Assembly: GCA_016926735.1 (NCBI GenBank)
Contig: JAFGOA010000092.1
Span: forward strand, 1 to 20,703
DNA from: Promethearchaeota archaeon
Lineage (GTDB): Archaea; Asgardarchaeota; Lokiarchaeia; Sigyniarchaeales; SOKP01
DNA: 20,703 nt
Direction of reading: 5' to 3'
Position 1 is the stretch's first letter, and each line of letters begins with the position of its first letter. Under the pieces are notes generated by a model, which saw nothing but the letters and a program-made list of their open reading frames with translations, made no database searches and was not told the origin of the DNA. This document shows positions 7,984 to 17,000 of this stretch, in pieces. The position numbers were made by a program, and so were the translations under genes.

Positions 7984-8162
7984 GGATTAACTTATAAATT
8001 CCTTATAACTATATTATCCTCTCTTTTTTATTATTTCTATAATTTGAACATCATCTGTATATCAATTTTTCTGTTATTTTTCCTTGATAAATTAATATTA
8101 ATTATAAATATAAAATAAAAATAACATCATTTATTGGAAAATAAATAGAAAGTAATAGTATT

Positions 8163-8909
8163 ATGAATAAAAAATGCATTATGATAGATGATGAGTTTAA
8201 TATATTTTTAATTCCAAGACGTATAATGGTTTTTGCGGGTCATCCTGATGATGAAATAATATCTTGTGGTGGAACTTTACTAAAATATCAATCATTAGGA
8301 TCTGAAATTATTATTGTTACTGGATCTTATGGAATAGGAGGATATTCAGAGAATTCTAAGTATAAAGAAATAGAAAATCAGAGAATAGAAGAATTAAAAA
8401 ATATATCTGAATCATTAAATTGGAAATATATAAATCTAGGATATAATGATTTAGAAATCGAGAGAGAAAAAATAGCAAACATTTCAAAATTAATAATAAA
8501 TAACAAACCTCATATAATATTAGCACCTCATTATAAAGATCTTCATAGAATACATCGTAATTTTTCATTTATAATTAGAGAGAGTATATTTCATTGTTCT
8601 TTAGGAAATGCTTATGGATTAGAAAATAGACAATGGATTCCTTATGGATTTTATTACTATGAAACAATTTCATGCAAATTACAAGATATATCTAAATCTT
8701 CTTATATCATTGTTGATATCAGTGATTATTATAAGCGAAAGATAGAAATACTTTCTAAATTTTATAAATCACAAAAAAGTTTAATAGATAATTTCTCGGA
8801 TTGGATTATGAATACAGCTTCTTTAAGAGGATATGATATAAATAACCAATTTGGAGAAGCATTTATACCAGATACATCATATACTCCTTTAAAGCTAGTG
8901 TTAATTTAA
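8163..8909 (+). CDS. PIG-L / LmbE family N-acetylglucosaminyl deacetylase
   Basis: AGHPDDE..CGGTL metal-binding motif, R..E helix, PH..D.H..H, YKSQ and C-terminal GEAF. Confidence 0.9.
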   Translation: MNKKCIMIDDEFNIFLIPRRIMVFAGHPDDEIISCGGTLLKYQSLGSEIIIVTGSYGIGGYSENSKYKEIENQRIEELKNISESLNWKYINLGYNDLEIEREKIANISKLIINNKPHIILAPHYKDLHRIHRNFSFIIRESIFHCSLGNAYGLENRQWIPYGFYYYETISCKLQDISKSSYIIVDISDYYKRKIEILSKFYKSQKSLIDNFSDWIMNTASLRGYDINNQFGEAFIPDTSYTPLKLVLI

Positions 8910-8986
8910 AATGAAATGTTAATAAAATAGGTTTTTAATTAATATTATTTTATTATTATAATCAGAGATATAATGAATTATAAATT

Positions 8987-10102
8987 ATGCCAAATTTAAC
9001 AATTGTTCTTGATATTGGTCAATTTAGTAGTAAATGTGGATTTTCAGGAGAAGATAATCCTTCGATGATATTTTTCACTATGGTTGGGACTCCAAAATAT
9101 CATGGATTTGCGGGTAAATTTACTAAACAGGAACAAGATTTATATGTTGGAGATGAAATTCAATCATTAGGACTTTACAAAATTGAGTATCCAATTCAAG
9201 AGGGAAAAATAACAGATTGGAAATTTTTCGAGAGAATTATTGATTATATATTTTATAACTTAAGAGTAGATCCAACACTTGTAAACGTACTTTTTGCAAT
9301 TCATCCATTATTCCCTAAACAAGATATTGAGAGACTATTTCATCTCTTTTTAGAACACTATCAATGTATGGCATTTTATCCTGTTTTAGATTCTATGTTA
9401 ACATTATATTCTGGAGGATTCCAAACAGGATTAGTAGTTGAAATAGGAGATAGTAGTACCAGAATAATTCCGATCTATGAGGGATATAAACTGAGCCATG
9501 CTATAAAAATTGTTAATATTGGAGGTCGAACCTTAACAAAATATATGGGAGATATTTTAAAGGATTCAATTGGATTCAATGTTGAATCATCAATTAGGAA
9601 AGAACTTGTAAGAGCTATTAAAGAAAAAGCTTGTTTTCTATCTTTAGACTATAATGAAGATCTAAAGAGAAGTGAACAATATAAAAAACAATATTCATTA
9701 CCAGATGGAGCAACAATAAATCTAAGTAAGGAGAGATTTATTGTACCAGAATTATTATTTAATCCCTCTTCTGAATTAGAATCTGATCCTTTACATAAAA
9801 TAATTTTAGATGTAATTGAAGAATGTGATTTGGATATTAGACCAAAACTTTTAAACAATATATTTCTTTCAGGAGGATCATCAATGTTCCCAAATATGAA
9901 GGCGAGATTATATCAAGAATTAGAATTAGAATTAACTAGAAGAAAAAAACAATATCAATCTATTCGAATAATGGCTCCTCGGGAAAGAATATATTCAGTA
10001 TGGACAGGTGGATCTATTTTAGCTATGATCCCAGAATTTTCAAATACTTGGGTAACGAGAGCAAAATATTTTGATCAAGGTATTCCAGAAGAATTATTAT
10101 AA
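8987..10102 (+). CDS. Actin-family protein (Asgard actin-related protein, divergent)
   Basis: Colinear with eukaryotic actin: VLDIGQFSSKCGFSGEDNP, YVGDE, YPIQEGKITDW, LRVDP, TGLVVEIGD, PIYEGYKLSHAI, GGRTLTKYM, VRAIKEKACF, YSLPDG, ERFIVPELLFNP, CDLDIRPKLLNNIFLSGGSSMFP, APRERIYSVWTGGSILA. Confidence 0.95.
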   Translation: MPNLTIVLDIGQFSSKCGFSGEDNPSMIFFTMVGTPKYHGFAGKFTKQEQDLYVGDEIQSLGLYKIEYPIQEGKITDWKFFERIIDYIFYNLRVDPTLVNVLFAIHPLFPKQDIERLFHLFLEHYQCMAFYPVLDSMLTLYSGGFQTGLVVEIGDSSTRIIPIYEGYKLSHAIKIVNIGGRTLTKYMGDILKDSIGFNVESSIRKELVRAIKEKACFLSLDYNEDLKRSEQYKKQYSLPDGATINLSKERFIVPELLFNPSSELESDPLHKIILDVIEECDLDIRPKLLNNIFLSGGSSMFPNMKARLYQELELELTRRKKQYQSIRIMAPRERIYSVWTGGSILAMIPEFSNTWVTRAKYFDQGIPEELL

Positions 10103-10229
10103 ATAATATTATTTCCAGACAAGCATTTAACCAAATATAGAAAAAGTAGGTAATATACCAATATTACATCTAATTTTATATATTTATTAAATATATCTTC
10201 ATAACACAATAATTTATTTTATAGGTAAA

Positions 10230-10610
10230 ATGAATATGGAAAACGTATCAAATTCAGAAATAAATTCAGATCAATTGATAAAACAATTTTATAAACCTGA
10301 TTATGATATATTATTCAATAAAATTAAAAGTATTAAAACTCCAATAAAGACAGATTTATTAAAAGCTCTCTTAGATGGTTCATGGCATTCAGAATTGGAA
10401 TTAATTAGAATTGCAAAAAAGCAAGAAAAATATGTAGGTACTGTAACTTTAGGTACAATTGTTCGTTCATTAAACCATGTTCTTACTAATGATTACGTTG
10501 AAAAAAAAATAATAAATGAAAAATTATTTTATAAATTATCTGATAATTATGTAGGATTGACAAGAGCAGCATATACCAAATATCAATATGTTAATCATAA
10601 ATTGGAATAA
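10230..10610 (+). CDS. Small winged helix-turn-helix protein, function unknown
   Basis: LLKALLDGSWHSELELIRIA (helix 1/2), GTVTLGTIVRSL (recognition helix) and YVEKKIINEKLFYKLS (beta wing). Confidence 0.65.
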   Translation: MNMENVSNSEINSDQLIKQFYKPDYDILFNKIKSIKTPIKTDLLKALLDGSWHSELELIRIAKKQEKYVGTVTLGTIVRSLNHVLTNDYVEKKIINEKLFYKLSDNYVGLTRAAYTKYQYVNHKLE

Positions 10611-10653
10611 AAATTCTTTTTCAATAATTTCATTCAATCTTTTTTTAGCAATT

Positions 10654-11142
10654 TTATAAATAATCACTTTTTTTAAAAAAATGTAATGATAAAATGTTAA
10701 GTAAAAGTATGACTAAAATAAGATAATAACCTAATCCTAAAATTGAAAAAATAAATAAGAAATCATTCCAATCCAATAGAGTAAAAACAATAATTGTATA
10801 AACTGTAATCAAAAAAGTAGATATTAGAATATTTAATGAGTATAATTTAAATATGTTATTGGATTTAGTATTTGATAACGCTGTTATAATTGAAGATATT
10901 CCAATAAAAATTATTAATATCCAAAGAAAAATTGCCATTAAATTTTCTGGAAAGTTCATATTCATTGAATTTAAAGAAGATATTCCATTTTCTATAGTAC
11001 CCCATATATAATATTCTGAATTATCTATAGAAAAAATATTAAAACTAATTTTTAAATTATTTTCCGGAGAAATAGGTATAATACTTATTAATGCAATTAA
11101 AAATGCTAAGATACTAGATATATATCCAATTTTTCTATTCAT
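10654..11142 (-). CDS. Four-TM membrane protein (paralog B of tandem pair)
   Basis: Four hydrophobic segments. The loop after TM1 contains YYIWGTI, and LGLGYYLIL leads into TM4. Confidence 0.8.
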   Translation of the reverse strand: MNRKIGYISSILAFLIALISIIPISPENNLKISFNIFSIDNSEYYIWGTIENGISSLNSMNMNFPENLMAIFLWILIIFIGISSIITALSNTKSNNIFKLYSLNILISTFLITVYTIIVFTLLDWNDFLFIFSILGLGYYLILVILLLNILSLHFFKKSDYL

Positions 11143-11157
11143 AATTTATTCACATTA

Positions 11158-11679
11158 TTATATTAATGGATGTTTTATAAATGCTATAAATGATAATATG
11201 AGGTTTAATAATATAATATAAAAACCATAATCTAAATATGAAAACACTTCTAATAATCCAAATTTAACTCCAAATATTTCTTCACTGTATATTGTAAATC
11301 CTAAGATAGAGTACAGTATTATAAAAAACAGTGAAAGAAAATTATAACTCATTAGTCTCTTTCCTAGAGAATCTTTCTTTGTTGAGCCTACTAGTGAAAA
11401 TATAATCGCTAATAATCCTAAGATTGAAAGGAAAATAAAACTGATGATAAAGGGCATTGAACTACTATTGACCCAAAAATTAAAACCATCTTGATTTAGA
11501 GTACCCCATAAAAAATATTGATTGTTATTAAAATTAACAAGAGAAACAGGTAATTTTATAAATGAATCAACTTCCACTGTAGAACTTACCTCATTCCAAA
11601 AATAAATTCCTATAGGAATAAATGGTAAAAACAATGTTAAGAGGGTTATAATAGCAGATATTAATCCTAATCGATTCAT
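11158..11679 (-). CDS. Four-TM membrane protein (paralog A of tandem pair)
   Basis: Four hydrophobic segments. The loop after TM1 contains YFLWGTL, and LDYGFYIIL leads into TM4. The MNR..G.IS start is shared with the downstream paralog. Confidence 0.8.
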   Translation of the reverse strand: MNRLGLISAIITLLTLFLPFIPIGIYFWNEVSSTVEVDSFIKLPVSLVNFNNNQYFLWGTLNQDGFNFWVNSSSMPFIISFIFLSILGLLAIIFSLVGSTKKDSLGKRLMSYNFLSLFFIILYSILGFTIYSEEIFGVKFGLLEVFSYLDYGFYIILLNLILSFIAFIKHPLI

Positions 11680-11773
11680 TTTAATCTATTTTTTAAAAAT
11701 CCTATAATAACATATTATTATTTCTACTGGTTAAAAAATTTTTATAATTACTGATAAGGATAAGTGAAAAATA

Positions 11774-13963
11774 TTATAATTTTTTTTCCACACACATATT
11801 TTTTTCAATTTTATAAGTCTCGCAATTAGAGCAAAATCCCTTTCCTGATATTTTTGATTTTAGTCCAATATTCCAACAATAAGGACACAAATAATAATGT
11901 AATAGCTTATTATTTTTTCTATAATTTATTCTAAAAATATTGAATCCACACAACTTACACGAAGAATTTTTTAATATGTATATACTTCCTTTATTTGGGA
12001 GAGATAAATATTTTTCTTTACAATTATCATTCAAACAAATTAAAAATTTCCTTTTATTTCTCGGTTCTATTAATTTCATATGATTTTGATTACAGAAAGG
12101 ACATTTACACGATGTAATATTTTCTAATGAGGATCTAGAGTTCTTTTCAGAAATATTTGTTATTTTATAATTTGAAATATCAGTTAATATCTTTTCTTGA
12201 TTATTTTTCAACTTATCAAAAAGTTCCAAAAATAACTTTTTAAAAATTTCTAAAACTTCTTCTTTTTGTTTTTTTCCTATTTTAATTTCTTCTAATAATT
12301 GTTCAATCATTCGCGTAAATTCAGGTTTTAAAAAAGGTAACCATATTTTTTCTAACATCTTAATGATAAAAATTCCTAATTCTGTGATTTTGTATTTTTT
12401 TTTAAAGTAATGAATTAGAGCTCTTTTTTCAAGGATATGTATTATTATTGGTCTTGTTGATTTAGTTCCTAAATTATTTTTTTCCATCAACTTTAATAAA
12501 GTGGTGTCGTTATATTCTGGATTAGGTTTTGTTTCCTTTTTATTTAATGTAATTTTATCAACAGGAAAAATATCATGAGTTATTCTGATTAATGAATCAT
12601 ATTTTCTTTTTAAAAAAGGAGCAATTTCTAAAAATCCTTCTGTTAATAAAGTTGCTAATTGAGAATTGAAAATTTCTTCTTTTATAGATAATTTGAGATA
12701 CACTCTTGATTCAATAGCTCTCTCTCCAAATAAAGCTAAATAATGTCTTGCTAATATATTATATACTTTTGAATGTAATTTAGTTTTAAATTTATTATTT
12801 TCTAATTCCAAAGATTCTATTGGAGTTATTGGTGGGTGATCACCAGCATCTTTCTTTCCTTTTGTAGGGTAAATTAGTTGATTAGCTATTAATTTTTTAG
12901 AAAATAAAGCATAAAGCGAATGATTATTAAATTTTAAAATATGACTTTTATGATCAAAATTCGTTTTGTAGATATCACTATCAGTTCTAGGATAAGTTAT
13001 TATTTTATCTAAATACAGATCATTCATTATTTTTAAAGCTAAATTTGCACTGATGTGAAGAGTTTTTGTTATTAATATCAATGCTTTTGATGTATTTAAC
13101 GGACTAGGGGGATTCAAAAAGATTTGTTTTGACGAGTTATCAATAACTTTCGCTGTTTTTTCATCTTTTATTTTGTTATAAATCATCTCAGCATTTAGAA
13201 ATTGATCTTTATTAAAGGGATTTAATTGATGGAATGCTTTAAATTTATTATTTTCATAATTTAGATTTGCTTCTATAGTTAGAAAAGGTTCCGGAATAAA
13301 GTCTTTAATTTCCTTATCTCTTAAATAGATAAGATAAAGTAAACAGGTTTGTACTCTTCCTATAGACGTAAATTTATGATTAAATTTTTCTAAAAGGGGT
13401 TTAAGAATGAAAGTAACTTGTCTTGAGCTTGAAAAACCTATAATAGCATCAATTATTGCCCTTGATTCTCCAGACTCTGCCCAAGTGTATTTTGGAGCTA
13501 TAGGATTGTTATATTTATCTAAGATTTCTTTTTTATCTAAAGAACTTAACCAAAGTTGTTTTACATTAATAGTATTATTCTCTTGTTTTACAAATGGTAA
13601 TGCATCTAATAATCCAATATTACAACCCTCAATATCTGCATCTGTTCCAATCAGACATAAATCACATTGTGGTGCATATTTTTTTAATACTTTAATAAAG
13701 GGAAAAGCATATGATTTGGGAGCTTTCTCAATTGCATATTTATTTGTTATAATTTCTCTTGGATTTGAATTCTTCCAGCTTTTATATTTTTCAGAGTTTT
13801 TATATTCTAAAATATGACCTCTTAATGGAATAATGATTATATTTTTTAATAAAACTTTATAAACTTTTACCGTTTTATTGGATTCGATAATCTTAACGCT
13901 ACCTAATGCTTCAGCTATGGCTTCTGCTGCCTTATTTTTCTCAGCAATTATTAATGTTTTCAT
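11774..13963 (-). CDS. topA: Type IA DNA topoisomerase (archaeal TopA / topoisomerase III-like) with C-terminal Zn ribbons
   Basis: Toprim LIIAEK and DADIEG motifs, GH, SIGRVQT, catalytic Tyr in ITYPRTD, DHPPITP, LGTKSTR, and C-terminal Cys clusters CPFC, CLNDNC, CKLC, CPYC, CSNC. Confidence 0.95.
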   Translation of the reverse strand: MKTLIIAEKNKAAEAIAEALGSVKIIESNKTVKVYKVLLKNIIIIPLRGHILEYKNSEKYKSWKNSNPREIITNKYAIEKAPKSYAFPFIKVLKKYAPQCDLCLIGTDADIEGCNIGLLDALPFVKQENNTINVKQLWLSSLDKKEILDKYNNPIAPKYTWAESGESRAIIDAIIGFSSSRQVTFILKPLLEKFNHKFTSIGRVQTCLLYLIYLRDKEIKDFIPEPFLTIEANLNYENNKFKAFHQLNPFNKDQFLNAEMIYNKIKDEKTAKVIDNSSKQIFLNPPSPLNTSKALILITKTLHISANLALKIMNDLYLDKIITYPRTDSDIYKTNFDHKSHILKFNNHSLYALFSKKLIANQLIYPTKGKKDAGDHPPITPIESLELENNKFKTKLHSKVYNILARHYLALFGERAIESRVYLKLSIKEEIFNSQLATLLTEGFLEIAPFLKRKYDSLIRITHDIFPVDKITLNKKETKPNPEYNDTTLLKLMEKNNLGTKSTRPIIIHILEKRALIHYFKKKYKITELGIFIIKMLEKIWLPFLKPEFTRMIEQLLEEIKIGKKQKEEVLEIFKKLFLELFDKLKNNQEKILTDISNYKITNISEKNSRSSLENITSCKCPFCNQNHMKLIEPRNKRKFLICLNDNCKEKYLSLPNKGSIYILKNSSCKLCGFNIFRINYRKNNKLLHYYLCPYCWNIGLKSKISGKGFCSNCETYKIEKNMCVEKKL

Positions 13964-14099
13964 AATTTAAATACAATTGATTAATCTAATCGTTCATTTT
14001 AATTTAAAATTATATATTGATTTTTAAAGGAAAATAGTGTGTAAAATCATCATTATTATTTATATAAGAAGTAATTTTAAGAAATAACTTTTTTAAAAT

Positions 14100-17000
14100 T
14101 TAAAGTGGGAGACTAAAAAGAAAAGTTGATCCTTTATTTTTACCCACAGATTCTACCCATATTTTACCACCATGTCCTTCGATAATCCCTTTTGAGATAT
14201 AGAGTCCTAAACCACTTCCCTTCGAAAAATATTCAATATTACTATCCAGCATTATAAATTTTCCAAATAATTTCTTTATTTCCTTTTCAGTAAGACCTAT
14301 ACCGTTATCCTTTATTTTATATATAATTTTATTATCGATCTTTTCATCAGTGATTTGAATTGTACAATTAGATGGAGTAAATTTTAAAGCATTTGAGATT
14401 AAATTCGAAAATACTTGAGTTATTCTCAATGAGTCCACATTTAATTCTATAGTATTATCAATTTCAAGTTTTATTTCAATATTTTTCTTTTTAATATGAT
14501 AATTCAAATCCAAAATGCATTTATTGAGTATTTTTGAAATGGAAACTTTTTGTATCTCAAAATCCATTTTTTTAGCATCTATTTTTAAAGCATCCAATAA
14601 TTGATTTACATAAGACTCTAATCTTCTTGAATTATTAAGAATAATTTTTAATTCCTCTTTGATTTCACTCTTCAAATCTAGCTCTCTTAACATAATAAGA
14701 TCTATATACCCCGAAATACAATATAAAGGAGTTTTTAATTCATGGGCTGCCATAGTTATAAAATCTGTTTTTAATTTATCCAATTTCATTAATTCTCGAT
14801 TTTGTTCTTTAAGTTTTCTTTCTGATTCTATTAATTGTAATTCAGTTTGTTTTTTAACTGTAATATCGACAGCAGAAAATAATATAGCAGAACTACCTTC
14901 ATATGGAATTCTTCTTAGAAATATTACTAAATATTTATCCTTCTTATCTTTTGTTAAAATTCTTAAGGTGTATTCTAATGTTTTTCCAATCTCCAAATTT
15001 TCAATTTCTTTGATCATAATAGGAATAGTTTTAATATCGGGTGGATTAAAACATTTTATCAAATCTTTCACTTCCCATAATTTTAATTCTTCTTCTGCAT
15101 AACCAATCATCTGTGATAACGCTTTATTTGCATATAAAACTTTATAGTCTTGTAAAATTGCAACACCGAGTAAAGATTGTTCTGTGATTGTTCTAAACTT
15201 TTCTTCAGATACTCTTAATTCATGAGTTCTCTCTAATATTTTCTTTTCTAGTAATTTATTTAGTCTTAAAAGTTTCTCTTCGGAATATTTAAGTTGTTCT
15301 TCTGTCTTTTTTCTTTCACTTATATCACGGGCTAATAAAATTCCTTTTATTTTATTATCTCTGTCTAAAAATGGTGTTCCTTTAACATCAAGCCATACCC
15401 AATGATTATCCTTATGTTTAAATCTTATTTCTCCAGAACCCGCTTCTTTGTTTAAAAATCCTTTACTTATTGCTTTTATGGACCTATTAATATCATCAGG
15501 ATGCAAAAATTCTGTACATTTTCGCCCAATCATTTCCTCTTTTGTATAACCTAATCCTTTTAAATGAGGTTCTTCATTAATATATTCATATTCAAATTTT
15601 TCATTTATAATATTAATAAAATCATTTGCATTTTCAGAAATTAATCGATATTTATTTTCTGACTCTTTTAACCTTTCTTGAAGGTTGTATTTTTCTGTAA
15701 TTATTCTCAATAATCCTGCGTAACCAATTTTTTCACCTTCAGTATTTTTTCTTAGATATACTGAACTTTCGACCACATCTTCTTTATTATTTTTAAAATG
15801 ACCCTTATATTGTAAATCTCTTAATCCTTTTTCTTTTTTATATACTTTTTTAAATGCCTTTTGTAATTTTGTATTATTTTTTAGGTCACAAAAATCTGAA
15901 AAATTCATTTTTTTTAATTCTTCTTTGGAGTATCCAGTAGCTTCGGAAAATGGATCATTAAAAAAGGTGAGATTTCCTTTTAAATCAGTTTCAAAATAAG
16001 ATTCTTTTATATTTTCTAAAATACTACGATATTTTTCTTCAGATGCTTTAAGTTGTTCTTCTGAAATTTTTCTCTGGGTTATATCTTCATAAGTAGATAA
16101 AATTCCAACAACATTATTTTTATCATCACTTATTGGGATTCTATTTATATTGAAAATAACTTTTTTACCATTTTCAAATATTTCTGTTTCAATACTATTT
16201 AATTGGGGAATATTACTTTCTAAAACAATTCTTTCAAGGTTTTCTACATTATATAAATTCTTTTTAAAAAAAGAAATTTTTTTATTAGTCATTCCACTTA
16301 ATTTATCACAACTATCTAACTCAATTAGGTTTACGAAATTATAATTACATCCCAGATATTTAAGATCTTTATCCTTCCAAAAGATATATTGAGGGATATT
16401 ATCAATTACTTTCTCCAACATTTCTTGGGATTTCTGAACTGCTGTTATTGCTTTTTTCGGTACTAATAACTTCCAATATCGAATTTCTGGAACCTCATGA
16501 TATAACCAGTCCAGTCTTTCTTGATTCTCTGCTATTTCTTGTTGGAGAAGTTTATTTTTAGATATATTCTTTAATAAAATCGAAATAACTTCTGCTCCTT
16601 TATAGTATATCTTTTCTAAATTGATAATTTTAAACCATTTATAGCCCTTTTTCTTACTTTTAATTCTTATTTCTTTGGAAAAATCATCTGAAATTTTTAT
16701 ATTGCTTAAATATTGAGAAATATTTAATTTGTCTTCATTATGTACAAAATCAATAATATTTTTGTCTAAAAGATCTATAGATGTAAATCCAAGTTGGTGA
16801 AAAAATTGGTTTTTATTAATATATTTAATTGAATAATCTTCATTTGGATTAATTACTAAAATTAAATTATTAGTATGTTTAAAAACAATATCTTGAATAT
16901 TGTCTTCATTTTGAGTATAATTTTGTTCTTGAATTTCCTTATTTATTCTGTTGATGCAATAAATCCCTTTATTTTTTCCATTCTTATTAAAATAGGGGAT

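Noticed and set aside
8356-9858. Minus-strand ORFs 8356-8568 and 9649-9858
   Set aside because: Antisense to the PIG-L and actin-like genes, with no independent support.
8987-10102. Eukaryotic contamination or bacterial MreB/FtsA as the source of the actin gene
   Set aside because: Intronless, densely packed archaeal neighbours (SerRS2, archaeal TopA, SD motifs). The sequence follows actin/Arp motifs rather than MreB.
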